Positions 18,574 through 28,483 of a stretch of DNA of 64,000 nt are shown here, piece after piece. Location: positions 6,528,001-6,592,000 of the forward strand of contig CBDETY010000003.1 of NCBI GenBank assembly GCA_965243025.1, read 5' to 3'. Made by a program: the position numbers and the translations under genes. Source of the DNA: Candidatus Latescibacterota bacterium. Its GTDB lineage: Bacteria; Latescibacterota; UBA2968; UBA8231. Numbering within the stretch: position 1 is the stretch's first letter; each line of letters opens with the position of its first letter. Under the pieces are notes generated by a model. The model was given only the letters and a program-made list of their open reading frames with translations, made no database searches and had not been told where the DNA came from.

Positions 18574-21258
18574 ATGCGCAAAATTCGCGGGACACGGGAC
18601 CTCCGGCTGCGCGGTCTTGTCCTCGCGGCCTGGTGCGGCGTGGGACCGCTTGCGGACGACGCGCACGCCCAGAGCGGCCACAGCCTCCGCGGCAACGCCG
18701 TGGTCGTCGAGGGCGAGTCCCACTGGAATAACTGGAGCTTCCCGGCCGGCACGCTCAAGATAGACGCAGGCGGTGTGCGCCCTCGACTTTGGCGCCGGCA
18801 CACCAACGCCGTCCGCGACATCGTCGACAACCTCCGCTTCAACCCTCCCGATTATCTGAACAAGAAATCCCCGGATGAAATCGAGCTGCTCGACGCCGTC
18901 GACGCGGGCTCGAACAAGGCTGCGGTCGCCAATCTGTTCGACGGCGACATGACGACCTACTGGGAGCCCGAGTTTCCCGAAGGTGTGACTGCGGAGACTC
19001 TGGACCAGCACGGCTGGTTTGCCGTGGACCTGGGCCATTTGCTCACCGGGAACCGAATCGTGCTGCGCTTTGTCGACGAGGGTCTCGGCGATCCGTTCCG
19101 CCTGTTCGAGGTGATGGTTTCCGACGGTCAGAAGCCGGTGAAGGCGCTGGGGGGCGACGCGCTCGATTACACGCGCACATACCAGACGCTGCACCCCAAC
19201 CTCGGCGAGCGCGTCACTGAGATCGATCTCGCGAACCTGCCGGTCGCGGAGCGACGCAAGCGGCTCGTGCGGCTCGTCCAGGTCGTAGTCACCGGCTCTG
19301 CACTGGCGCGCGGGCGCGAGATCTCACGGGATGAGTACGAACGTTTGAGGACCGAAGCGCCGCAGGACACCGGTATGGTCGAGTACAGCAAGAGCCTCGA
19401 GTCCGGAGGTGAGCTCGCGGTAACGAGAGAGCTCTACGATAAACTCGAAGAGGGCCTGCGCGGGCCGATCCGCTATTTCCGCAGGGAGTTGCCGCGCCTC
19501 GCCGAGCTCGAAGTCTGGAGCGAGGGCGACGACATCTTCAAGGAGACCCTCTCCCGGGGCGGCCACTTTTCCCATACGACCACCCACATCCTCGGCGCTG
19601 CCGAGCTCAATCCTCAACTGCTGCTCGATGGGGAGATCGAGACGTATCAGGCCTTCCAGATGATGGCGTCGGGACTGCCGGACGCCTCGTTCCTCGTCGA
19701 TCTCGTAGTCGATCTCGGATCGTTTTTCTGGATCGAAGCGGAGCGCATAGTGCTCAATTTCCGCCCCAGCATATTTGCCTTCACGTTCGGTGAGCTTGCT
19801 CTCGATTTCTCCGACGGCGCGCGCGAAGCTGACGGATCGCTCAAATGGCACAGGCGTGCCTTCACTGCCGGCATCCCCAGGCGCGCGTCAAGCACCGGCT
19901 CGGTGCATCTGTACGCCTTCGACTTCGAACCCGTGAAAGCCCGCTTCTTGCGCATGCAGTACCGGCGTGCGGGAATCAACTCGTACCCGGGGGGGACCAC
20001 CACCGCCTTCATGGGCGAGATACAGTTGCACGGTCGGGGGTACCAGCCGCAGGTCGAGCTGACCTCCGATCTCGTTCAACTGGGCGGCAGCCGCAATCTC
20101 TCCACGATCGAGTGGGTCGCCGACACTCCGCCGGGAACGCGCGTCGAGCTGCAGACCCGCACGGGAAACACCCTCGACACCCTGCTGCACTACTACAAGT
20201 CCGACGGCACCGAGATCAGCGAAGCCCAGTACAACAAGATCCGCATCAAGTCGCAGAAGGGTCCCATCGTGCCCGAGGAGGTCGCCGGCTCCGACTGGGA
20301 ACCCTGGAGCGAGCCGTACGAAATCGCCGGCGGCAGCCAGGTCACGTCACCGTCGCCGCGCAGGCTGCTGAAGATCAGGGCCACGCTGCACTCCGATGAT
20401 CCAGACGTTCACGCGACCCTCAGGGAGGTGCGCCTCAATTTCTCCGAGCCGGTAGCCGACCGGTTGCTGGGTCGTCTGGTGCCCACGCGCGTCGATTCGC
20501 CCGGGGTAGAAGGCGCTTTTTCGCTTTTCGTCGATCTCGAATCCCAGGCCAATCCGTTCGACGAATTCCTGCTGCGCGCACCGCCAGGCATGAAGCTCGC
20601 ATTCGACCCCTCGCGCGAGCACGTGTTTGCGGGGCCCGCTTCTGCGTTTGGGGATCGCGCCGACCCGAAGGCAGACGGCCCGACCGATCGGACGGTCGGC
20701 GACGTTCAGGTCCTGGCGACCGGCGACAGCCTCCAGCTGTCGTTTGCGCCCGTGAGGTCTGGCGTGGAGGTAGTGCGCGTCGATTTCCGGGGCACGCTGT
20801 TCTCGAGCGGGGGGCGACTCCAGGCACTGATGCGCAACTCCGACGACGGCGTGTGGCAGCGGGTCGACGAGGAGGTCACGCGCACTTCCCTGCAGCTCGT
20901 CGCTCAGCCACGGCGCAAGGTGCTCTTCGGATCGCTGGAGCTCGATCCACCGGCGTTCTCCCCGAACGACGACGGCCTCAACGACGCCGTAAAGTTCAAC
21001 TTCACGTTGATGCTCGTCGGCATAAGCGCGGCGGTCGAGGTCGAGATCTTCGATCTGACCGGCCGCCGGCTCAGGCGTCTCGAAGAGCAGCGCCCTGTCA
21101 GTGCGGGCACATACTCGATCGCCTGGGACGGCCGCGACGAGGCGGGTGTAGTGGTTCCCCCGGGCCTGTACGCCGCCCGAGTTCGTCTCGATTCCGACAC
21201 GGAAGGAGCGTCGATCGTCAGCCGGGACCTTCTGCGTAATGTAGCGGTGGTCTACTGA
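18574..21258 (+). CDS. Large secreted protein with discoidin-like modules and C-terminal FlgD-Ig/CTD-like domain
   Basis: Signal peptide; 'NLFDGDMTTYW', 'FAVDLG'; C-terminus 'FSPNDDGLND...IFDLTGR...WDGRDEAG..VPPGLY'. Confidence 0.7.
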   Translation: MRKIRGTRDLRLRGLVLAAWCGVGPLADDAHAQSGHSLRGNAVVVEGESHWNNWSFPAGTLKIDAGGVRPRLWRRHTNAVRDIVDNLRFNPPDYLNKKSPDEIELLDAVDAGSNKAAVANLFDGDMTTYWEPEFPEGVTAETLDQHGWFAVDLGHLLTGNRIVLRFVDEGLGDPFRLFEVMVSDGQKPVKALGGDALDYTRTYQTLHPNLGERVTEIDLANLPVAERRKRLVRLVQVVVTGSALARGREISRDEYERLRTEAPQDTGMVEYSKSLESGGELAVTRELYDKLEEGLRGPIRYFRRELPRLAELEVWSEGDDIFKETLSRGGHFSHTTTHILGAAELNPQLLLDGEIETYQAFQMMASGLPDASFLVDLVVDLGSFFWIEAERIVLNFRPSIFAFTFGELALDFSDGAREADGSLKWHRRAFTAGIPRRASSTGSVHLYAFDFEPVKARFLRMQYRRAGINSYPGGTTTAFMGEIQLHGRGYQPQVELTSDLVQLGGSRNLSTIEWVADTPPGTRVELQTRTGNTLDTLLHYYKSDGTEISEAQYNKIRIKSQKGPIVPEEVAGSDWEPWSEPYEIAGGSQVTSPSPRRLLKIRATLHSDDPDVHATLREVRLNFSEPVADRLLGRLVPTRVDSPGVEGAFSLFVDLESQANPFDEFLLRAPPGMKLAFDPSREHVFAGPASAFGDRADPKADGPTDRTVGDVQVLATGDSLQLSFAPVRSGVEVVRVDFRGTLFSSGGRLQALMRNSDDGVWQRVDEEVTRTSLQLVAQPRRKVLFGSLELDPPAFSPNDDGLNDAVKFNFTLMLVGISAAVEVEIFDLTGRRLRRLEEQRPVSAGTYSIAWDGRDEAGVVVPPGLYAARVRLDSDTEGASIVSRDLLRNVAVVY

Positions 21259-21399
21259 CGCGCGACAACCATGGGGCGACTGCGCGGCGATTTGCGCCCG
21301 GTGAAACGGCGGTAGAGCCTTACGGATAGTGGGGCTGCGCGATAAAGTCTCTGCGGGACCGTTTCCGGCGAGGCCTCCTTCGAGCTGTCGAGGTTTGGC

Positions 21400-23412
21400 A
21401 TGAGGATACTGGCGACAACATGCATTGCAGCGCTCGCGCTGATGCTCGCAGGCCGCGACCTTGCTGCTCTGACCATCGTCCGCATCGGCGGCCAGGGGCT
21501 ACCGGGCCCTGAACGCGCCAACGACGAGGGGGTCAACTTCGTCCAGCTCACCTGGGAAGAGGCCACGGGCGGTGATTTCGGTTCCACGCGCCTGATCACC
21601 TTCGACGGCGGCTCGATCTCCCCGGTGTTCGCCCCGAAAGACCACAACCTGACGCCGGGCATCCGCGACAACGGCGGCAGCATTCGCAGCTCGACCGCGA
21701 CCGGGCACCTGCTGAACGAAGAGCAGCTCGACAACCTGTTCGACGGCGATCCGGAGACGGTGTACTTCGGTCTCACAGGGATGGGCGACGAGGCTGCCCC
21801 CGGCGGACGGTTTGCCTACAGCATGTACGATCCCGGCTGCGACTGCTGGCTCGACTACAAGCTCCTGGTCTTCGATCTGGGTGCTCCCTACAACGTTGGT
21901 CGCATTCACTTTCACACGCGTCCCGACCGCGCGCTCGATCGCTTCATACCGGCGTTGACTGTGGGTACATCGACAGACAACCCCAGAAAACCCGGTGAGG
22001 TCGATGCCAGAGACAGAGACGTGAGGAAGTTCAAACTCGGGGGATCTCGGCGGGAACTCTGGACGGACCTGGACCACATCGAGTTCGACATCTTGTACGA
22101 GGATTTCGAGAACACCGGGGCTGCCTTCGACCTCAAAACCGGGGGACCGCTCCAGGGGATCATCCTGTTCGCTCCCCTCGACCACTGGGAAATTGCCGAG
22201 TTCGAGATCTACGGTGGTGGGTTCGTGCCGCGCGCGGAATACATCTCGGACATAATCGACCTGGGGCGGCCATCGAGTGTGGACGCCGTGTCGTGGGGCG
22301 GTGAGGTAGCGCCCGGAGCCAGAGTCGAGATCAGTGCGCGCAGCGGCGCTGACGAGGACCCGAATCACTATTGGCGCAACACCTTTCTAGGAGACCGGCG
22401 GTCTCGTTTCGACGCCGACGGAGAGGAGTTGACCTTCAACACCTACCGCAGGCTCGAGGGCGGCGAGGCGGCCGGTATCTCACCTGACAGCGAGAACTGG
22501 GAGTTCTGGACGGCGCCCGCAGACTTTTCCGTGGAGGGACTCGCTCTGACGGCCACGTCGCCGCACGAGTACGCACAGTTCTCCATCGACTTCGAATCCG
22601 GCAACGATGCGGGCAGCCGCCTCGACTACATCCAGTTCGAGGTCACCCAGCCGCCGATCGCATCGCGCGTCGTAGGCGAGATTGTCCCGCTGGAGGCGCG
22701 CCTCGGAGAGGTCACGGAGTTCACCTACAAGCTGCGGCCCGTCGTTCTCCTGGAAGACTCGGGGTTCGACAGCATCCAGATCCACACTCCCATTGCTCCT
22801 GCCGCCATCGATGCCGTGCGCATCGCCTCGCGAACGCTGGGTGAGGAGGAGTACGAAGTCGTTCCCTACAACGGCCGGTTCGTCGTCGTCCGGGTGCCGT
22901 TCGTCGACATTCAGGCCTCGGGTGAGCTGATCGAGATCGACTTCCGCGCCGAAGTGTTCCAGGCTTCCACGTTGTTCCCGGGCAGAGTGTTCGACAGCAC
23001 TCGCCCGCAGGAAGTTCGCCACCGCGTCGAGCCGGGGGACGCAGACCCGCTGGTGGGCGCCGGCAGCCTTACCGTCAGGGCGGAGCGGGGAAGCGGTCGC
23101 GCCATCGAGCGCCTGCGCGTGTCCGCCCTGACTCCAAATGGCGATGGGATCAACGACCTGCTGCAGATCGAGTACGACCTGGTCAATCTCGCCGGGAGCG
23201 TACCTGTCGCCCTGGAGGTGTTCACACTGGCTGGCATTCCGGTCGCCACCCTGGACACGGATTCAGGTGGGAGCGGGCGTTTCACCAGCTCGTGGGACGG
23301 CCGTTCCGGCGCGAGTGAGCGAGTGCCGCCCGGCCTCTACCTTCTGCGCCTTACCGTTCGGGCCGATTCGGGAACCGACCGCGCCGTCGCTGCCGTTCCC
23401 CTCGCCTTCTGA
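21400..23412 (+). CDS. Secreted protein with C-terminal FlgD-Ig/CTD-like domain, distant paralog of upstream gene
   Basis: Signal peptide; 'NLFDGDPET', 'VFDLG'; 'LTPNGDGINDL...WDGR...VPPGLY'. Confidence 0.7.
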   Translation: MRILATTCIAALALMLAGRDLAALTIVRIGGQGLPGPERANDEGVNFVQLTWEEATGGDFGSTRLITFDGGSISPVFAPKDHNLTPGIRDNGGSIRSSTATGHLLNEEQLDNLFDGDPETVYFGLTGMGDEAAPGGRFAYSMYDPGCDCWLDYKLLVFDLGAPYNVGRIHFHTRPDRALDRFIPALTVGTSTDNPRKPGEVDARDRDVRKFKLGGSRRELWTDLDHIEFDILYEDFENTGAAFDLKTGGPLQGIILFAPLDHWEIAEFEIYGGGFVPRAEYISDIIDLGRPSSVDAVSWGGEVAPGARVEISARSGADEDPNHYWRNTFLGDRRSRFDADGEELTFNTYRRLEGGEAAGISPDSENWEFWTAPADFSVEGLALTATSPHEYAQFSIDFESGNDAGSRLDYIQFEVTQPPIASRVVGEIVPLEARLGEVTEFTYKLRPVVLLEDSGFDSIQIHTPIAPAAIDAVRIASRTLGEEEYEVVPYNGRFVVVRVPFVDIQASGELIEIDFRAEVFQASTLFPGRVFDSTRPQEVRHRVEPGDADPLVGAGSLTVRAERGSGRAIERLRVSALTPNGDGINDLLQIEYDLVNLAGSVPVALEVFTLAGIPVATLDTDSGGSGRFTSSWDGRSGASERVPPGLYLLRLTVRADSGTDRAVAAVPLAF

Positions 23413-23507
23413 TCGCCGGGGCCGGATAGCCCGATCGTCGCGGTTTTGCTACGATCGCGAGCGGACTTCAATCTTCCAGCGCTGCGGGATAGTCTGGTCG
23501 ATCGCAG

Positions 23508-23891
23508 TTACGTCTGCATTATCTGGATCAGGTTGCCGCAGGTGTCGTCAAAGACCGCAATAGTGACGTTGGCCAATTCTGTTGGCTCCATCGTAAAAGC
23601 TACGCCCAGTAACTTCAGTTTCTCATACTCTGCACGGATGTCCATAACGCTGAAGGACGCCGCCGGGATGCCCTGGTCAAATATCCCTTTCTGATATTCC
23701 TGTGCTACCGGGTTGTCATTTGGTTCAAGCAGAAGCTCGGTTCCATCCGGGTCATCGGGCGAGACGACGGTAAGCCACTTGAATTCCCCCACAGGCAAGT
23801 CATGCTTCTTCACAAAGCCGAGGGTTTCCGTGTAGAACCTCAGAGCTTCGTCCTGGTCACTTACGAAGACGCTGGTGAGTGTAATGCGCAT
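23508..23891 (-). CDS. VOC/glyoxalase family protein
   Basis: 'SVFVSDQDEALRFYTETLGF', 'WLTVVSP', 'FDDTCGNLIQI'. Confidence 0.9.
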   Translation of the reverse strand: MRITLTSVFVSDQDEALRFYTETLGFVKKHDLPVGEFKWLTVVSPDDPDGTELLLEPNDNPVAQEYQKGIFDQGIPAASFSVMDIRAEYEKLKLLGVAFTMEPTELANVTIAVFDDTCGNLIQIMQT

Positions 23892-23918
23892 ATCCGGCCT
23901 CCTTTTCTTTTCATAGTG

Positions 23919-24191
23919 TCACTTGAGCCATCGGTTCACGGCAGCCCTGAGGGGTTCATCGTCGAAGACAAGCATCCGATACTTGCCACGCTTCTCTGAG
24001 CTTACGAGCCCTGCTTGTTCCAGGAGATCAATGTGCTTGGCCAGGGCCTGTCGGGAGATGGCGACTTCATGCCGCATGATCAAGCGCCCCGTGAGCTCGT
24101 AAAGCGTCTGCTCCCTGCGCTCAGAGAGCTCGTCCAGCATCAACCTCCGTGTTGGGTCCGCGAGTGCCTTGAAGACCAGGTCTTTGTGCAT
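23919..24191 (-). CDS. ArsR/SmtB-family transcriptional regulator
   Basis: 'VFKALADPTRRLMLDEL...SRQALAKHIDLLEQAGLV..EKRGKYR'. Confidence 0.9.
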   Translation of the reverse strand: MHKDLVFKALADPTRRLMLDELSERREQTLYELTGRLIMRHEVAISRQALAKHIDLLEQAGLVSSEKRGKYRMLVFDDEPLRAAVNRWLK

Positions 24192-24199
24192 GCGCGCAT

Positions 24200-24229
24200 A
24201 CAATACGCAACCACAGGGTTGCATGTCAA
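24200..24229 (-). promoter_or_regulatory. Promoter with palindromic operator (probable ArsR autoregulation, near-leaderless)
   Basis: TTGACA-N18-TATTGT, 8 nt before the ATG; spacer holds GCAACC-N4-GGTTGC (24207-24222). Confidence 0.65.
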
Positions 24230-24539
24230 GGGGCGATTTCCCAGGCTGGCAGGAACCACATCCCCAGTCATTTGCGGGATTGGGTGAAGTGGGTCGTGCG
24301 ACCGTACCGCAAGCTGCCGGGCGCGGCACCGAATCAAGCACCTTCCGGTGGCGAGTCCGTCACAATCGTGGACAGAGAGGTAAAAGTACCTTGGGCGGAT
24401 TTTGCGTTTGCGTGGCGGGTAGAATTCACCTAACGTGCGTTCGCCGATTCGGCCGGAGGCCAAAGCTCCGTTTCTCAGAGCGAGGTCTACCAGTCGTAGT
24501 CTCCAAAGTGACTTTCTCTTTCCGGAAAGGAGAACCGTG

Positions 24540-26348
24540 ATGGTGAAGGCTCGAACCCTGTTCAATCCAGCATCCCTGATTCCTGTAGCCGCTCTGCTCG
24601 TGCTGGCTGGCGTCTTTTCCAATGCGCCTCCCGCCCTGGCAGATTGTCCACCCCCTCCCGGCGTGACATCCCCTGTGGCACCGAGCGTGACGGCGCAACA
24701 GGTGGAAGACGGCAGCGCTGCCCTGAAGGAATTCACGCTGGCCGCGAGGGAACAATTCGTCATGCAGCTCGAGACGGCTGAGAATCTGGGACAAGTGGTA
24801 TACTATGGATGTCTCTTCCGGCAAGAGGGGAGCTATTGGCATTCCGGTTCCACCTACCTCGTAATAATGAGGGCGGATGGCAGTGTTTTGATCCACGCGA
24901 AGAACATGGCATTGTCGAGCAGGCGACTCAACCCCCTTATTTATGCAGAGATCCTTTCTGCCCTGGGAGTACCCTCAACCGTTCTGGCCAACCTGGCATC
25001 TCCCGATTCTGCAATTGCCGTCCAGGCTAAGGCCGAAGTGGTTGATATATTGTCGCAAGAACCGGATGCCGCATTCGATGCGACCACCCCTGTACAAGAC
25101 CTGCGACCTGCCATACCGGGTGCCTCCGGCTATGCCGCCACATATTTGTCGGACTTTTTCAGAGGTCCGCTTGTGATGATAGCCGGTTTCGAGCTCAATG
25201 AAACTCATGTAATTGAAGAAGAGATCGATCACATTACCCCGGCCATTACCGCCAGGGACGTGGTAGATCGAGAAACCCTGAAAGCCTTCGTAACGGCAGC
25301 AGGGGAGTACTGTCTCGAACTTCGGAAAACCGGAAATTTCCCGGGTGGGATAGCCAGGATCGCACTTCGGGATCCGGACGGGCCCTGGAGACACGGTTCC
25401 GTGTACCTCTATGTCCTGGATACTACGAGCAACGTAATCCAAATACACGCTGCGTTTCCGAACAGGTACGAGCTTCGACCTCTGATAGCGACCGTCCGGG
25501 ACGCGGTTACCGGAGAACTCATACTACCGCAGGTCATCGAAGCGGCGAAAAGTGACCCGGAAGGCGGCTTCGTGGAGTATTACTTCGACGATCCCAATGA
25601 CGACACCGACAGCGCCGAAATCCCCAAGGTGGGATACGCACGCGAGTTCAAAACGCAAACCGAGTTAGGCGGAAGGGTAGTCCCGTACAACTTCATCATC
25701 GGGTCGGGGTTTTATGGGCGTGCGCCCGGTGTCGGGACGGGTCCCGGCACGGTCGTGGAGGCCACGGTGCTGGGCGACGCGGTGGAGGGGCTGGACGTCG
25801 GGTTTTCCCGCGCCATCGCCGGCCGTTCCCGCCATTACGCCTGGAAGGCGGTCACCGATGCCGACGGCCAGGCGACCCTGACCATTTCCGGCGGGAGGCA
25901 GGTGAGTGGTTTCTATGAGGCCCGTGCCCGCAACGCCGACGGCGAGGTCGTCGGACAGTGGCACAGCATTCCCCTGAATCGCGACAAACGCCAGGTCCTG
26001 GAACTGCCTCTGGGCGGCCTCATGAGGGTCGTACGGGTCGAGCCGTTGGCCGCGGCAAAGGCGGTGGCGTCGGCCAGCGGGCTTGCGCCCAATGTGCCCA
26101 ACCCCTTCAACAGCGAAACGCAGATTGCCTACCGCCTGTCCAATTCCGGCCCGGTGCAGCTGGTGGTCTACAATGTGCTGGGTCAGCCGGTGCGCACCCT
26201 GGTGGATGAGTTCCAGGCCGCCGGCTCCTACCAGGTCCAGTGGGATGCCCGCGACCAGCAGGGCGTCTCGCTGTCGTCAGGGATCTATATCACCCGCCTG
26301 AGCTACCCCGAGGGGGTGCAGACGCGCAGGCTGCTCTACCTCAAGTAG
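24540..26348 (+). CDS. Secreted protein with Cache-like domains and C-terminal FlgD/T9SS-type-A-like domain
   Basis: AAGGAG RBS, signal peptide; 'WRHGSVYLYVLD..IHAAFP..RDAVTG..GGFVEYYFDDP..PKVGYA..IIGSGFY'; 'PNVPNPFNSETQI...VYNVLGQPVRTLV...TRRLLYLK'. Confidence 0.7.
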   Translation: MVKARTLFNPASLIPVAALLVLAGVFSNAPPALADCPPPPGVTSPVAPSVTAQQVEDGSAALKEFTLAAREQFVMQLETAENLGQVVYYGCLFRQEGSYWHSGSTYLVIMRADGSVLIHAKNMALSSRRLNPLIYAEILSALGVPSTVLANLASPDSAIAVQAKAEVVDILSQEPDAAFDATTPVQDLRPAIPGASGYAATYLSDFFRGPLVMIAGFELNETHVIEEEIDHITPAITARDVVDRETLKAFVTAAGEYCLELRKTGNFPGGIARIALRDPDGPWRHGSVYLYVLDTTSNVIQIHAAFPNRYELRPLIATVRDAVTGELILPQVIEAAKSDPEGGFVEYYFDDPNDDTDSAEIPKVGYAREFKTQTELGGRVVPYNFIIGSGFYGRAPGVGTGPGTVVEATVLGDAVEGLDVGFSRAIAGRSRHYAWKAVTDADGQATLTISGGRQVSGFYEARARNADGEVVGQWHSIPLNRDKRQVLELPLGGLMRVVRVEPLAAAKAVASASGLAPNVPNPFNSETQIAYRLSNSGPVQLVVYNVLGQPVRTLVDEFQAAGSYQVQWDARDQQGVSLSSGIYITRLSYPEGVQTRRLLYLK

Positions 26349-26368
26349 CGACGGACGGCACGTGGAGT

Positions 26369-28413
26369 ATGAATCCTCCCAGGAAGCGTGGTGGTTACTT
26401 TGTCGAAGACCCGGGGCAGGGGTGGAAGAAAGACTGGAAGCCCGGCACACCGGCCGAATACATCCAGCCCGGGATTCCCCACTGCGACATGCCCGCCTAC
26501 CGTGGGGAGCGATACGAGGCCACGGTGCCGGACACGCTCGATCTGGCCGAACGGGTTCGACTCGCCATTCACGGCATGACGGAAAATACGCATCCCGGCT
26601 GCGATCACGACCTGTATTGCGGCGTGGAGTGGCTTCCGTCTCCGCGGATGCTGTCATCCGGGTATTCGAGCGCCGATGTCACGGTGAAGTTGAAAGAAAG
26701 CCGTGTGTCTGGCGCGAATCATGTGCGGCAGCGAACAGAACCTGCACGTCGATCGCGTCTGGATGGATGTGTGTCTGAAGCAGCAGGGGGATGACGGTCT
26801 GATCTATATCCCGGTCAAAGGCCGTCCTTGGGTGCTCGAAGGCCATCCGGAATATATATCCGGCGGCATTCCGGACATCGATCAGTGGATTTCTCCGTTT
26901 ATGAACGGCCAGATGCTGCGAAACATGTCCGGCTACGCGGCTCGGGACGGCAGCGTGTTCTGGCCGGATCGAATCCGAAGGATCGTTGATGGACTTACGG
27001 CGTTGGCCGTGGACGGGGGTGAGTTCGCCTACTTCTGGCCGGGCGCCCATTCGGCACACGGGCGCCCATTCGGCACAGAAGACTTACCCGCCGAATGTCA
27101 GGCCGCGGTTACATTTCTCACAGGTCGAGGTGTCTATGGTGACGCTCGGCTTGACCCTCGCTTACAGGCAGACCGGCTATGAGCCTGCCCTGAATCTGGC
27201 CCGTAAACTACACGCCTTCCAGAGACACTGTTTTTTCACGCCTGAAGGCGCCATGCTCACACCCCAGCAAGGGTCGGTGAAAGCGCACCTGCTCGCCCAC
27301 GTCAGGGGCATGATCTCGATGGCCGACTACGGTCTGATCGCGCAGGATGACGAGCTCCTGCAGTTCGCGGCCAGCACCTATGAATGGGCGCGGACCGGAG
27401 CGAACCAGGAGACCGGATACTTCCCGAACCTCCTCCCCTGTCCGGGCTGGAGGATGCCGGAGAGGATTTCCGGCGTGATGGGAAACTGGCCGGAGGGCAT
27501 CCAAGGCGGGCATTGGACCCTGAGCTCGGCGGAGGATTTCAATCCGTGCGAAGTCGCCGGCCTGGCGGGCATGGTCGGTGTGGCCCTCAAGCTGAGCGAT
27601 CCGGAAGACGGCATCGCCGATTACTGGGACGATGTGGATCGGTGGGTGCGAAACATGATCGCCGAATCGCAGATGTTGGATACCGATTGGGTCTACTATC
27701 TGCCCGGAACCAAAGGGGGTGAAAGCCTCCGGGTCGATGAGCCGGTCCAAGTCGGTCCGAACTGGACGACCGAGCGTGTGCCTGAACGCAACCTGGGCTC
27801 CTGGCCGACAGCCGCTCTGCCCAACGACTGGTGCGGGGAAGAGGGGAAAGGCGGCTATTCGTTCAGTCCGTGCGATACGGCCTGGGTCACACGGACCCTC
27901 TATTGGGTCTGGAAACAGATGCTGACCTACAGGCACAGAACGCTCTCGGTGCATCTGCTGTTCAACCGGGCTTCGCCCTGGGCGGATATCGACAGCTACG
28001 TCCCCTATCAGGGCCGGGTCGATATCAGGGTCAAACAGCCTCTCGATCTGTGCGTGCGGATTCCGGAGTGGGTGTCGCCTCCCGATGTCGGCGTTCGGAT
28101 CGTCGGTGGCGACCTTCGCGCTCGCGATCGAACCACGGCATTCGACGGTCGATATGTCCGGATCGGCTCTGTGCGACAGGACGATGTGGTAACGGTCGCG
28201 TTTCCGATACCCGAGCGGACCGACAGCGTGGACATCCGGATGGGGGGCAGTCACGGACAGTACAGCCTGGTGCGACGGGGCAACGATGTCGTATCGATAT
28301 TTCCCCGCGGACGGTACTATCCGTTTTACCAGCAGCGAGGCCACTACCGCACCGGCGAGCCGCGTTGGCGAAAGGTGGAGCGGTTTGTTTCGGATGAAAG
28401 CGTGGATCAATAG
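26369..28413 (+). pseudogene. Doubly frameshifted GH127/GH146-like (alpha/alpha barrel) glycosidase gene
   Basis: Three consecutive partial frames; +1 A at 26697-26699 and a 19-bp duplication at 27040-27077; C-terminus 'SVHLLFNRASPWADIDSYVPYQGRV...VRIPEWV'. Confidence 0.6.
27040..27077. repeat. Exact 19-bp tandem duplication
   Basis: cgggcgcccattcggcaca x2. Confidence 0.95.
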
Positions 28414-28483
28414 GAGTGGGACCACAAGGTGGACTCGCGTTTCAGAAGGCGGAACCGACGACTGTTGGCAGGGCGAAGAATAA

